Shown: positions 10,537 through 20,633, counted from the first letter of the stretch. The stretch is 37,881 bases of DNA from Dokdonella sp. (GCA_036758645.1 DAIOWG010000001.1:1-37881), one strand, 5' to 3'. Numbers and translations are program-made. The notes: generated by a model not told the origin, from the letters alone.

Positions 10537-12300
10537 ATGAACGCCTGGTCCCTTGTTGCCCTGCATGCCGGCCTCGTGCTGGCCGCACCCGCGCATGCCG
10601 CTTCCGCCGATCAGCGCTTCGAGGCGCTCTACGCGAAGGAATGGGCCTGGCGGCAGGAGCAGTTCGCCGGTTACGACAACGAAGACGCCGCCGCGAGCGC
10701 GAAGGACGACCACCTTCCCGCGGTCGATGCGGCCTCGCAGCGCCGGCGCCTGGCGTACTGGACCGACGTGCTCGCGCAACTCGACGCGATCCCGGCGGGC
10801 GAGCTCGATGAGGACAACCGCATCAACCTCGCGGTGTACCGCCCGCAGGTCGAGAATCTCGCGGCCGAGGTGCGCTTCCGCAGCTACGAAATGCCGTTCA
10901 ACAGCGACTCGCAATTCTGGTCCGACCTCGGCTTCATGGCGCGCCGCCCGCTCAAGGACGCACAGGCCGCGCGCAACTACATCGCCAAGCTCGAGGACGT
11001 GCCGCGCTACTTCGACGAGCACGTCGCCAACATGCGCGCGGGCCTCGCTCGCGGCTTCAGCGTGCCGCGTGCGGTGCTCGACGGACGCGAGGTGTCGATT
11101 GCGGGGGTCGCCGGCACCACCGATCCCGTGCAGAGCGAGTTCTACGCGCCATTGAAGGACCTGCCGGCGACGATTCCGGCGGCGGAGCAGGAGCGGTTGC
11201 GCGCGGACGCGAAGCGCGCGATCGGCGCTCGCGTGGTGCCGGCCTACGCGAAACTGCTCGCGTTCTTCCGCGACGAGTACGTCCCGCGCGCACGCACCAC
11301 GCTCGCGGCCGAGGCGCTGCCCGACGGCAAGGCCTGGTATCGCCAGCAGATCCGCGAATACACGACGCTCGAGCTCGAGCCGCAGGCGATCCACGAGATC
11401 GGCCTCGCCGAAGTCGCGCGGATCGAAGCCGAGATGCGGGCGACGATGCGCGAGACCGGCTTCAAGGGCGACTTCCCGGCGTTCCTCGCGTTCCTGCGCA
11501 CCGACCCGCAGTTCTATGCCAAGACGCCCGAGGAACTGCTGATGCGCGCGGCGTGGATCGCCAAGCAGGTCGATGCGAAGCTCGACCGTTACTTCGGCCT
11601 GCTGCCGCGCGGCCGTTTCGGGATCGAGCCGGTGCCCGCCGCGATCGCGCCGTTCTGGACCGCCGGCCGCGGCAGTGCCGACACCTACTGGGTGAACACG
11701 TACAACCTGCCCTCGCGTCCCCTCTACAACCTGCCCGCGCTGACGCTGCACGAGTCGGCGCCGGGCCATTCGCTGCAAGGCGCACTCGCGAAGGAACAGA
11801 AGCAGCAGCCGGACTTCCGCAGCCACAACTACATTTCCGCCTATGGCGAGGGCTGGGCGCTGTACTGCGAGAAGCTCGGCAAGGAGATGGGCGTGTATGC
11901 GACGCCGTACGAGGAGTTCGGTCGCCAGACCTACGAGATGTGGCGCGCCGCGCGGCTCGTGATCGACACCGGCGTGCACCACAAGGGCTGGACGCGCGAG
12001 CAGGCCATCGATTACCTCGCCTCGCGCACCGCGCTCAGCGAGCACGAGGTCACCACCGAAGTCGATCGCTACATCTCGTGGCCGGGCCAGGCGCTCAGCT
12101 ACAAGCTCGGCGAGATCCGCATCGTCGAGCTGCGCAAGCGCGCCGAGAAGGCGCTCGGTGCGAGCTTCGACCTGCGTGCGTTCCACGACACCGTGCTCGC
12201 GCTCGGATCGGTGCCGCTGCCGGTGCTCGAGCAGCAAGTCGACGCGTGGATCGCCGCGCGCGCGAAGTCGGAGCTGGCCGCACACGCCCGCGGCAGCTGA
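10537..12300 (+). CDS. DUF885 domain-containing exported protein
   Basis: Signal peptide; LTLHESAPGHSLQ, SAYGEGWALYCE, WRAARLVIDTGVH and EVDRYISWPGQALSYKLG motifs. Confidence 0.92.
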   Translation: MNAWSLVALHAGLVLAAPAHAASADQRFEALYAKEWAWRQEQFAGYDNEDAAASAKDDHLPAVDAASQRRRLAYWTDVLAQLDAIPAGELDEDNRINLAVYRPQVENLAAEVRFRSYEMPFNSDSQFWSDLGFMARRPLKDAQAARNYIAKLEDVPRYFDEHVANMRAGLARGFSVPRAVLDGREVSIAGVAGTTDPVQSEFYAPLKDLPATIPAAEQERLRADAKRAIGARVVPAYAKLLAFFRDEYVPRARTTLAAEALPDGKAWYRQQIREYTTLELEPQAIHEIGLAEVARIEAEMRATMRETGFKGDFPAFLAFLRTDPQFYAKTPEELLMRAAWIAKQVDAKLDRYFGLLPRGRFGIEPVPAAIAPFWTAGRGSADTYWVNTYNLPSRPLYNLPALTLHESAPGHSLQGALAKEQKQQPDFRSHNYISAYGEGWALYCEKLGKEMGVYATPYEEFGRQTYEMWRAARLVIDTGVHHKGWTREQAIDYLASRTALSEHEVTTEVDRYISWPGQALSYKLGEIRIVELRKRAEKALGASFDLRAFHDTVLALGSVPLPVLEQQVDAWIAARAKSELAAHARGS

Positions 12301-12634
12301 GCGGCGTCCGTCCTTGCTGCTCGCGGCTGACGCGCGAGCCGGCGCCTGAGGCTCGATCACGCGCGGCCGCGCGTAGCGGGCGCTCGCGCTTGCATGTGCG
12401 CTCCCGTCACCGTCGCCGATCCAGGCGCGGGGCCATGCAGCACCTTGCCCTGCACGCCGCGTCCCGGCGCAGGGGCGCGCCGCTGCACGCTGCCGCTTCC
12501 ACGCATCGACGCGATTCGGCTCGTCGACACGCCCCGCATGTCGCTTTCGCCTCCGCAAGACGTATCAGGTGCCTACACCACGCCCCGTCCGTGCATCCGG
12601 CCCGGCAGGCAGCCTGCGTACAACTGGAGACGCC

Positions 12635-15115
12635 ATGAACCGCTCGATCCCGCGCCTGCTCGCGGCCCTCGCCGCGCTTTCGAGCCTGCCCGTGCAGGCC
12701 GGCAATTTCATGGTCAACGACGATGGCGATGCGCCCGACGCGTTGGCGGGTGACAACGTCTGCGACGTTCTGCCGCCGGGCGATCCCGCGCCCGCGGTCT
12801 GCACGCTGCGCGCGGCGATCATGCAGGCCAATGCCAACACCGATGCGAGCACCGTGTGGATTCCGCCCGGATTCCACATCGTGCTGTCGGGCGCGCTGCC
12901 GCAGATCGTCCACCCGCTGGACATCGCGGGCATGCCCGCCGCGGATGTCGCGGACCTCGCGGTCATAGACGGCGACGAGAGCGTCCGGCCGTTCTCCGTG
13001 CTGACGACGGACGTGGCGCTGCGCAACCTGCGCATCGTCAACGGGCGGACCGACATCGCAGGCTCGGGCGGCGGCGCCGTGTATGCAAGTGCGCTCTCGC
13101 ACGTGCTGATCGAGAACGTCCAGTTCGCGCGCAATTCGGCGCTCGGCAATGCCCTCGGCGGTGGCGCGATCCTGAGCCATGGATCGCTGGAGGTTCGGCG
13201 GTCGGACTTCGAGGAGAACGCGACCAACGGCAACGGCGGCGCCATCTACCACACCGGCGCAGGCAGCGAACTCCTGGAAGTGCGCGACAGCAGCATCCGC
13301 CGCACGCGCACCGGCGCGATCACCGGCGAGGCGGTCCATGTCGCTGCCGGTGCGCAACTGGAACTCGTGAACTCGCTGATCGACGGCAGCGACAACCAGC
13401 CCGGCGCGACCGAGTCGGGTGGCGTCGTGGGCACGGACGCAGCCCGCATCGAGCTGCGCAACGCGACGCTCGTGAACTTCACGCGCCGAGCATTGCAGGT
13501 CGAACTCGACGAAGGCAGCGTCCTGCGCATGCACAATTCGATCCTCGCGGGTTCGGACGCGGGCGACTGCGTGGTCGGCAGCGCGGCCGACGGCGTCATC
13601 GAGTTCGGCTTCAACCTGATCGAGGACGACACCTGCGCGATCCACAGTGGCGGCGATGTCGTCAATGGCGCGCCCGGGTTGTCCCTGCTGCGCGTCGACG
13701 ACGGCAGCTTCGTACGCTATCGCATGCCGCTCCCGGGCGGCGCCGCGGTCGACGCGGCGTCACCCGGTCCGGACCACGCGTGCGAGAACGCGGACCAACG
13801 CGGCACGCCGCGCCCGCTGGACGACGACGGCGACGGGATCGCGCGTTGCGATCTCGGCGCGGTGGAAGGCACCGATCCGTTGACGCGCGTGTTCGAGGTC
13901 GGGACTTCGGTCGACAGCGTCGACCTCGCTCCGGGCGACGGCCTCTGCGCCAATTCCGCCGGCGCGTGCAGCCTGCGCGCCGCCGTCATGGAAGCGAACG
14001 CGAAGCCCGGTCCCGACGTGATCCGGTTCCATCCGCTCAACATGAGCCTGACGCGCCCGCAGGGCGCAGACGCGGGTGGAGGCGACCTCGACATCACCGA
14101 GGCGCTGCTGGTCGAGGGCGCGTTCGACGCGCAGGGCCGTCCGATCACCGTCATCGCGCAGACCGTGGAGGGCGAACGGCATTTCGAAGTGAATGCGGAC
14201 GTCGAGCACAGCGTCGCGTTTCGTGGCCTGCGCTTGACGGGCGGGTCGACGGCGAGCGTTTCGGGCGGCTCGATCCGCATCACCGGCGGTGCCGTCGTCG
14301 ACATCGACCGGGTCGAGTTTCTCGACAACCGCACCGAAGTCGAGGGCGGTGCGGTGTCGCTCGTGGACGGATACCTCACCGTGACCGGATCGGATTTCCA
14401 TCACAACCAGTCGGGATCCAGCGGCGCCGCCCTGTATGTAGGCGGCAGCGGAACGGCGAAGGCGATCGCGAGCAGTTTCTGGAGCAACGAAGGCTACGCG
14501 CCGATGCAGGACAGCCTCTATGTCGCGCCGGGCGGCGAGCTCGAACTTCGCAACAGCACGATCGCGTTCAACCGCGGTGGCGTGACCGGCCATTTCGCTT
14601 CGTCGCTGTACATCGACCAGTCCACGATCGCGTTCAACGAGAGCCGCGGCATCGCGCTGTTCTTCCGCGAGCCGGGTGTCGAACACTTCCGCCTGCGCGC
14701 GAGCGTCGTCGCGGGAAGCGGGCTGGAGGATTGCGGGATCCTGAACCCGGAGCTCGGCGACGTGGTCGAACTCGATGCGTGGAACCTCGTGCAGGACGGC
14801 CCGGAGTGCAGTGCGGGCGCGACGAATGTCGTCGCCGATCCACTGCTCTCGACCGCGGCGGGTCCCTCGCCACTGTCCCAGCCGCAGGGCCAACTGAGCC
14901 GCGTGCTGCTGCCGATCGCAGGCGCGGGCGGCCCCTCGCCCGTGCTCGACCGCGTTCCGGTCGGCGCGAGCTGCCTCGGCACCGACCAGGTGGGCCAGCC
15001 TCGGCCGCATGATCTCGTCGACGTCGCCGACGGCGACGGCCCGTGCGACATCGGAGCCGTCGAGCTGCGCTGGACCGACGCAATCTTCGACGACGGCTTC
15101 GACGTGGGCGATTGA
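12635..15115 (+). CDS. Exported tandem CSLREA / beta-helix / choice-of-anchor-Q protein
   Basis: GGAG then ATG 12635 and a signal peptide. Two modules begin CTLRAAIMQANA and CSLRAAVMEANA and end DQRGTPR...CDLGAVE and DQVGQPR...CDIGAVE. Terminal DAIFDDGFDVGD. Confidence 0.88.
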   Translation: MNRSIPRLLAALAALSSLPVQAGNFMVNDDGDAPDALAGDNVCDVLPPGDPAPAVCTLRAAIMQANANTDASTVWIPPGFHIVLSGALPQIVHPLDIAGMPAADVADLAVIDGDESVRPFSVLTTDVALRNLRIVNGRTDIAGSGGGAVYASALSHVLIENVQFARNSALGNALGGGAILSHGSLEVRRSDFEENATNGNGGAIYHTGAGSELLEVRDSSIRRTRTGAITGEAVHVAAGAQLELVNSLIDGSDNQPGATESGGVVGTDAARIELRNATLVNFTRRALQVELDEGSVLRMHNSILAGSDAGDCVVGSAADGVIEFGFNLIEDDTCAIHSGGDVVNGAPGLSLLRVDDGSFVRYRMPLPGGAAVDAASPGPDHACENADQRGTPRPLDDDGDGIARCDLGAVEGTDPLTRVFEVGTSVDSVDLAPGDGLCANSAGACSLRAAVMEANAKPGPDVIRFHPLNMSLTRPQGADAGGGDLDITEALLVEGAFDAQGRPITVIAQTVEGERHFEVNADVEHSVAFRGLRLTGGSTASVSGGSIRITGGAVVDIDRVEFLDNRTEVEGGAVSLVDGYLTVTGSDFHHNQSGSSGAALYVGGSGTAKAIASSFWSNEGYAPMQDSLYVAPGGELELRNSTIAFNRGGVTGHFASSLYIDQSTIAFNESRGIALFFREPGVEHFRLRASVVAGSGLEDCGILNPELGDVVELDAWNLVQDGPECSAGATNVVADPLLSTAAGPSPLSQPQGQLSRVLLPIAGAGGPSPVLDRVPVGASCLGTDQVGQPRPHDLVDVADGDGPCDIGAVELRWTDAIFDDGFDVGD

Positions 15116-15147
15116 TCGCGGCGCTGGCGCGCTCGCACTGCGCGCGG

Positions 15148-15579
15148 TCAGGCGCTCGACGTCGCGATCTCGTCGTAGCCGCGGCCGTGGAACTGCAGCA
15201 GGCACAGCCCGTGGCCGAACGGGTCGGCGAGCAGCGCGAGGCGCCCCCACGCGGCATCGCGGGTGTCGCCTTCACGCACGGCGCCGGCCGCCTGCGCGCG
15301 CGCGAGCGCGGCGTCGAGATCGTCGACGACGAAGTCGAGGTGCACCGGCGTCCAGTGCCGTGCGTAATCGCGCACGAGGCCGCGCGATGTCGCTGGCGCG
15401 TCGCTGGCGATGCTGCCGGCCGGCTTGCGCAGCAGGTAGAGCGGCACGCAGGCACCGACGAGCTCCACGCCGTCGTCTCCGAAGCGGCGGGCCGCGCGAA
15501 GTCCGAACGCGCGCGTGTAGAACGCCTCGGCACGCGCGAGGTCGTCGACGTCGATGTTGACGAGCAGGCCCGGCGTCAC
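15148..15579 (-). CDS. VOC (glyoxalase/bleomycin resistance) family protein
   Basis: LLVNIDVDDLARAEAFY, RHWTPVHLDFVV, DPFGHGLCL. GTG start overlaps the upstream stop (GTGA). Confidence 0.9.
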   Translation of the reverse strand: MTPGLLVNIDVDDLARAEAFYTRAFGLRAARRFGDDGVELVGACVPLYLLRKPAGSIASDAPATSRGLVRDYARHWTPVHLDFVVDDLDAALARAQAAGAVREGDTRDAAWGRLALLADPFGHGLCLLQFHGRGYDEIATSSA

Positions 15580-16292
15580 TGCGTGTGCTTGGGCTGGGGT
15601 GGCGCGTCCTTGGCCTTCTTTGCCGCTTCCTCGGCGCTGCGCCGCCACTCCTCGATGATCGCGGCGCGGCGCGCGGCCTCGCTGTCGACGCCTGCAGCCG
15701 GCGGTGGCGGAGCGGGCGGCGGCTCGGGGTCGCCGCTCGCGAGGTAGCGTTGCAGGCGCTCGAACTGCAGTGCGAGCACATCGTCGACCTTCGGCGCGAA
15801 CGCATCGAGGCCGCTGGCGCTGGCGCCATTGACGCGGTATTCGAGTTCGAGTCGTCTGGCGCCGTCGTCACCATCGCGGATCCAGAACGTGAGGACCGCA
15901 TTCAACGCGAACTCCTGCAGCGGTCCGAGCGCGGCCTGCAGCCGCAGCATCTTGCCCGGCATCGCCATGACCACGCGCCCATGTTCGGCGCTGCCGTCGG
16001 CCCAGCGCTCGCACCAGCAGCCGCCTGCGCTCGCTTCGAGCCGCAGGTTCGCGGCCTTGCCGGACCAGGTGTGCTCGCTGCTCCACCATTGCGATGGCTG
16101 GATGAGCGCGGCCCAGGCCGCATCCGGCCTCGCTTCGACCGGCGCCGACATCCGGATGAAGAATCCGTCGGCGGCCGCCTGCTCGACCTCGGCCTGCGCA
16201 AGCCCGCTCGCGCACAGCGCGAAAACGGCAAGCCCGACTCCGATCCTCGCCATCGTCGCCACCTCGATCCGCGCGAGCGCGCGCTCAGACAT
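15576..16292 (-). CDS. SRPBCC-fold exported protein with a Pro-rich C-terminal extension
   Basis: Signal peptide; WWSSEHTWSG...AGGCWCE...HGRVV...LRLQAALGPLQ. Overlaps the phhA end by 8 bp. Confidence 0.8.
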   Translation of the reverse strand: MSERALARIEVATMARIGVGLAVFALCASGLAQAEVEQAAADGFFIRMSAPVEARPDAAWAALIQPSQWWSSEHTWSGKAANLRLEASAGGCWCERWADGSAEHGRVVMAMPGKMLRLQAALGPLQEFALNAVLTFWIRDGDDGARRLELEYRVNGASASGLDAFAPKVDDVLALQFERLQRYLASGDPEPPPAPPPPAAGVDSEAARRAAIIEEWRRSAEEAAKKAKDAPPQPKHTQ

Positions 16293-17178
16293 CGCCGTCG
16301 CTGGCCCAGCCTTCGCCGCTGCCGCGCTGGAACACGTGGTCGCTCGCGAGCACCTCGCCCGCGGGAATCGACGGCTGGTCCGCGAGTTCCGCGTAGATCG
16401 GGCGAAAGTCCGGGCGCGTCGCCTCCATCAGCTGGTCGAAGCCGTCGATCACGAAGTAGGTCTTCTGGTAGGTGTCGATGCGGTAGCGCGTGCGCATGAT
16501 CCGGCGCAGGTCGAAGCCGATGCGGTTCGGTGCCGCCGACTCGAGGCTGTGGATCGATTCGCCCTTGGAGCTCACGATGCCCGATCCGTAGATGCGCAGG
16601 CCGCCCGCTTCGCGGATCAATCCGAATTCGACCGTGTACCAGTACAGCCGCGTGAGGTTCACGAGCGCCGCCGCATCGACGCCATGCGCCTTCACGCCGC
16701 CGCGGCCATAGGCCTGCATGTAGTCGGCGAACACCGGGTTCAGCAGCAGCGGCACGTGGCCGAACAGGTCGTGGAACAGGTCGGGCTCGGCGATGTAGTC
16801 GACCTGGTCGGGGCGCCGGATCCACCAGGTGACCGGGAAGCGCCGGTTCGCGAGGTGCTCGAAGAACGTGAGTTCCGGCAGCAGGCCTTCGACGCCGACC
16901 AGTTGCCAGCCGGTCGCCTTCGCGAGCACCTCGTTGAGCTCGTCGAAGCGCGGGATCGCGTCGGGCGTCATGCCGAAGCGCTGCTGGTTGTCGAGGAATT
17001 CGCGGCAGGCGCGGTCGCGCAGCACGTCGCGTTGGCGCTCGAACAGCGTGGCCCAGGTCTGGTGGTCCTCGCGCGAGTAGCTCGACCAGCGCTGCTCGAC
17101 CACGGCCGTGGTGTAGACCGGCACGTAGCCCTTGTCGGTCTGCTGGTGCTCGACGCGGCGAGGTTCGGGGATGTTCAT
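16285..17178 (-). CDS. phhA: Phenylalanine 4-monooxygenase
   Basis: EPDLFHDLFGHVPLL (Fe-binding His pair), RLYWYTVEFGL, RIYGSGIVSS, YRIDTYQKTYFVI. Confidence 0.96.
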   Translation of the reverse strand: MNIPEPRRVEHQQTDKGYVPVYTTAVVEQRWSSYSREDHQTWATLFERQRDVLRDRACREFLDNQQRFGMTPDAIPRFDELNEVLAKATGWQLVGVEGLLPELTFFEHLANRRFPVTWWIRRPDQVDYIAEPDLFHDLFGHVPLLLNPVFADYMQAYGRGGVKAHGVDAAALVNLTRLYWYTVEFGLIREAGGLRIYGSGIVSSKGESIHSLESAAPNRIGFDLRRIMRTRYRIDTYQKTYFVIDGFDQLMEATRPDFRPIYAELADQPSIPAGEVLASDHVFQRGSGEGWASDGDV

Positions 17179-17251
17179 GGCTGGCGTCCGTGGAGCGATG
17201 GCGACAGCTTAGCGCGCCCGCGCCGATGCGGTGCAGTGCCGCCGCCCGCGT

Positions 17252-18049
17252 TCAGTGCAGCGTCGGGCGCGAAGGGTCCGCGTGCGCGTCGCGCGGGCGC
17301 AGCTCGACCACGCGCGCGCCCGGTCCCACCGCGGGATTGCGGTGCCAGAGCACCGGCACCTCCTGCGCGCGCGGCAGCTCGAGTTCGGCATCGCCCGCGG
17401 GTTCGAAGTCGGGCTCGTCCTCCCAGCTGTAGCGCTTGCGCGGCGGCATCGGATCGCGACGGCGCAACACGATCGCCGCGAGCGCGCCCGCGACCGCGCC
17501 CGCGAGGTGGTACTCGAAGCTGATGCGTTCCTCGCCCGGCAGCACCGAGACCAGCATCCCGCCGTAGAGGAAGAACACCGCGAGCGAGGTCGCGACCGCG
17601 AGCCGGTCGCGGCGCAGCAGCCCGATCAGGAACAGGAAGAACATGAGCCCGTGCGTGATGCCGCTCGCACCGACATGGTTCGCGTCGCGCGCGAACAACC
17701 AGACGCCGACACCGGAAAGCAGCCAGATCGCGGGCAGCGCGATGCGCGCGGCGAGCGGATAGCAATACAGCGTGAGGCAGGCGAGCACGCCGAGTGGCAG
17801 CGTGTTGGACATCAGGTGCGCGAACGAGGCATGCGCGAACGGCGCTGCGAGGATGCCCGCAAGCCCGTCGAGGCGGCGTGGGCGCAGCCCGAGTTCGCCC
17901 GGCGGCCAGCCGAGCAGCCAGGCGCCGAGCCATGCGATCCAGATGCCCGCGATCAGCGCACCGGCGCCGATCGCGGCGTACTGCAGGCGCTTGCGATCGC
18001 GCGCGAGCGCGACCGGCGTCGGATCAGGCAAGGGGGGCGCGATGTCCAT
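17252..18049 (-). CDS. Rhomboid family intramembrane serine protease
   Basis: HASFAHLMSN, catalytic HVGASG and YHLAGA motifs. Confidence 0.92.
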   Translation of the reverse strand: MDIAPPLPDPTPVALARDRKRLQYAAIGAGALIAGIWIAWLGAWLLGWPPGELGLRPRRLDGLAGILAAPFAHASFAHLMSNTLPLGVLACLTLYCYPLAARIALPAIWLLSGVGVWLFARDANHVGASGITHGLMFFLFLIGLLRRDRLAVATSLAVFFLYGGMLVSVLPGEERISFEYHLAGAVAGALAAIVLRRRDPMPPRKRYSWEDEPDFEPAGDAELELPRAQEVPVLWHRNPAVGPGARVVELRPRDAHADPSRPTLH

Positions 18050-18107
18050 CGAGACGAGGTTGGGGCTCGCCCGGCGGACGCAAGGCGGACGCACTTCGTT
18101 GCGGGAT

Positions 18108-19094
18108 TCAGTCGCCCCGCTCTCCGCCGCCCTCCACCGCTTCCGCCTCTTCGCGCGGCGGGAACAGCAGGCTCGCGGTGACCGAACCGACCAGGACCAG
18201 CGCGACCACCCCGAGCGCGATGCCGATCGGGATCTTGTAGACACCCGCGATCAGCATCTTGGTGCCGATGAACAGCAGCACCAGCGCAAGTCCGTGGCCG
18301 AGCAGGTGGAAGCGATCGGCCATGCCCGCGAGCAGGAAGAACATCGCGCGCAGGCCGAGCACCGCGAACACGTTCGAGCTCATCACGATGAAGGGATCGA
18401 GCGTGACCGCGAAGATCGCCGGGATCGAATCCACCGCGAAGATCACGTCGGTGACCGCGATCAGCGCCATCACGACGAACAACGGCGTGTACCAGCGACG
18501 CCCGTGTTCGACCACGCTCACGAGGCTGCCGCGGAAATCCCGCGTCAGCGGCAGGTGCCTGCGCATCCAGCGCAGCATCGGGTTCTCGTCGAGGTCGGGT
18601 TCCTGGTTCGCCGCGAACAGCATCTTGATGCCGGTCAGCAGCAGGAACGCGCCGAACAGGTAGAGGATCCAGTGGAAGCGCGCGACCAGCGCCGCGCCGA
18701 CCACGATCAGGATCGCGCGCAGCACGATCGCGCCGAGCACGCCGACCATCAACGCGCGCTGCCGCTGTTCGGGCGGCACCGCGAAATAGTTGAAGATCAT
18801 GAGGAACACGAAGATGTTGTCGACCGCGAGCGACTTCTCGATCAGGTAGCCGGTCAGGAATTCGAGCGCGACCTGGTTGGCCACCTCGCGCCCGCCATGA
18901 AGGTCCACCCACCACCACAGGCCCGCGTTGAAAGCGAGCGCGAGCGCGACCCAGGCCAGGCTCCAGTAGACCGCTTCGCGGAACGACACGCGGTGCGCGC
19001 CGGCGCTGCGCAGCACGAGGAAATCGACCGCGAGTGCGGCGACGAGGACGAGGAGGAAGGCCGCCCAGATGCCGGGCGTGGCGATGCTGTGCAT
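18108..19094 (-). CDS. alx: TerC/Alx family membrane protein (Mn homeostasis)
   Basis: FLTGYLIEKSLAVDNIFVF, DVIFAVDSIPAIFAVT, SNVFAVLGLRAMFF. Lies downstream of a yybP-ykoY riboswitch. Confidence 0.92.
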   Translation of the reverse strand: MHSIATPGIWAAFLLVLVAALAVDFLVLRSAGAHRVSFREAVYWSLAWVALALAFNAGLWWWVDLHGGREVANQVALEFLTGYLIEKSLAVDNIFVFLMIFNYFAVPPEQRQRALMVGVLGAIVLRAILIVVGAALVARFHWILYLFGAFLLLTGIKMLFAANQEPDLDENPMLRWMRRHLPLTRDFRGSLVSVVEHGRRWYTPLFVVMALIAVTDVIFAVDSIPAIFAVTLDPFIVMSSNVFAVLGLRAMFFLLAGMADRFHLLGHGLALVLLFIGTKMLIAGVYKIPIGIALGVVALVLVGSVTASLLFPPREEAEAVEGGGERGD

Positions 19095-19169
19095 GACGTA
19101 CCGTGTTGGCAGGACCGTTCGGACCACCCATGCGCGGCACGCCCGCGGACGGGCGCACGCCATGCATCG

Positions 19170-19270
19170 GCGGCGAAGGTCTTGCTCGCGGCGCGGACGC
19201 CACCCACCGGACCGGAGCCATGGGGCTCGTGCTGACGATCGCGGCGGCGGGAGCTACTCCCCTTCTGCGG
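19170..19270 (-). ncRNA. yybP-ykoY (Mn2+) riboswitch
   Basis: Minus strand reads GAAGGGGAGTAGC...CGTCAGCAC...GAGCAAGACCTTC, with P1 pairing GAAGG/CCTTC. It sits about 75 nt upstream of the TerC ATG. Confidence 0.9.
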
Positions 19271-19372
19271 GGGCGAGCCTACGCGGTGGCGGCCCCCGAG
19301 GGCAAGCCGCGCGCATCCGCGGACCGGGGTGCTGCGCCGCACCAGGCGCGACCGCTTCGCTATGATGGCGAC

Positions 19373-20554
19373 ATGAAATCCGACCCAGACCCCGCCGGCG
19401 CGCTGCCGCTGATCCAGCTCAAGACCGAACGCCGCTCCAACCATCCCTGGATCTTCCAGAAGATGGTCGAAAAGCCCGCCGTGAAACCCAGGCCCGGCAC
19501 GATCGTCGACATCGTCGATCGCGAAGGCCGTTACGCCGGACGCGGCTTCTACAACGGTCATTCGCGCATCGCGCTGCGCGTGCTCACGGCCGATCCCGAC
19601 GAGTCGATCGATGAGGCCTTCTTCGCGCGCCGCATCGCCGAGGCCGTTGCACTGCGGCGCGAAACCCTCGGCCTCGACGCGGTCACCGACGCGTACCGGC
19701 TGGTCCATTCGGAAGGCGACGGCCTGTCGGGCCTCGTCGTCGACCGCTTCGCGGGCACGCTCGTGATCGAGTATTTCTCGGCCGGCATGTTCCGCCAGCG
19801 CGACCTGATCCGGCGCTGCCTGCTCGAGCATTTCCCCGGCGCGGACCTCTACTGGTTCGCCGAGGAACACGTGCAGAAGCAGGAAAGCTTCGATTGCGGG
19901 ATCCCGGCGCCACCCGAACCGACCGTGATCCACGAACACGGCGTCAGGTTCCATGCGGCACCGGGCACCAAGCACAAGACCGGGTTCTTCGCCGACCAGC
20001 GCGACAATCGCAAGCGCCTGTCCGCGTTCTGCGCGGGCAAGCGCGTGCTCGATCTATGCTGCAACTCGGGCGGGTTCGGCATCTACGCGAAGACGATCGG
20101 CGGCGCGACCGAGGTCACCGGCGTCGACCTCGACGAGGAGATCCTCGAGATCGCGGAGAAGAACGCGCGCCTCAACAAGGCGAAGGTGCGCTTCGTGCAG
20201 GCCGACATCTTCCACTGGCTGCGCGACGGCAAGAAGGATCCCTACGACGTCGTGATCCTCGATCCGGCGAAGATGACGCGCGATCGCGAGCAGGTGATTC
20301 CCGCGCTCAAGAAGTACCTCGACATGAACAAGCTCGCGATGGGGGCGGTCAAGCCGGGCGGGATCCTGCTGACGTGTTCATGCACGGGCCTGGTGAGCGA
20401 GGAACAATTCCTCGACATGCTGCGGCGCGCCGCGTTCTACGCAGGTCGCACGGTGCAGGTGCTCGAGGTCAGCGGCGCGGGGGCCGACCACCCGTGGCAG
20501 GCGCACGTGCCGGAATCGCGCTACCTCAAGGCCGCGTTCTGCCGCGTGCTGTGA
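19373..20554 (+). CDS. rlmI: RlmI-type class I SAM-dependent rRNA methyltransferase
   Basis: PUA-like HPWIF, RLVHSEGDGLSGLVVDRF, HKTGFFADQRDNR, VLDLCCNSGGF, VILDP, LTCSC, DHP...YLK. Confidence 0.85.
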   Translation: MKSDPDPAGALPLIQLKTERRSNHPWIFQKMVEKPAVKPRPGTIVDIVDREGRYAGRGFYNGHSRIALRVLTADPDESIDEAFFARRIAEAVALRRETLGLDAVTDAYRLVHSEGDGLSGLVVDRFAGTLVIEYFSAGMFRQRDLIRRCLLEHFPGADLYWFAEEHVQKQESFDCGIPAPPEPTVIHEHGVRFHAAPGTKHKTGFFADQRDNRKRLSAFCAGKRVLDLCCNSGGFGIYAKTIGGATEVTGVDLDEEILEIAEKNARLNKAKVRFVQADIFHWLRDGKKDPYDVVILDPAKMTRDREQVIPALKKYLDMNKLAMGAVKPGGILLTCSCTGLVSEEQFLDMLRRAAFYAGRTVQVLEVSGAGADHPWQAHVPESRYLKAAFCRVL

Positions 20555-20561
20555 GGGCGCA

Positions 20562-20587
20562 GCCGGGCGCTTCGGCGCACGCCCGGC
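20562..20587 (+). terminator. GC-rich hairpin with a UUCG loop just after the rlmI stop (possible terminator or stabiliser)
   Basis: GCCGGGCGC-TTCG-GCGCACGCCCGGC. No U-tract. Confidence 0.3.
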
Positions 20588-20590
20588 GCA

Positions 20591-20615
20591 GACTCGGAGC
20601 GGAAGCCCCGCCCAC
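20591..20615 (-). repeat. Degenerate REP-like element, GGGAGGGGCTTCAGCCCCGAG family (copy 2)
   Basis: Minus strand GTGGGCGGGGCTTCCGCTCCGAGTC. Confidence 0.45.
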
Positions 20616-20633
20616 GCCGTTCGATGACTCGCC

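Noticed and set aside
17252..18049. Rhomboid as the processing enzyme for the FxDGF[DE] tag
   Set aside because: Rhombosortase substrates have a C-terminal TM helix, which these tails lack. Proximity is the only link.
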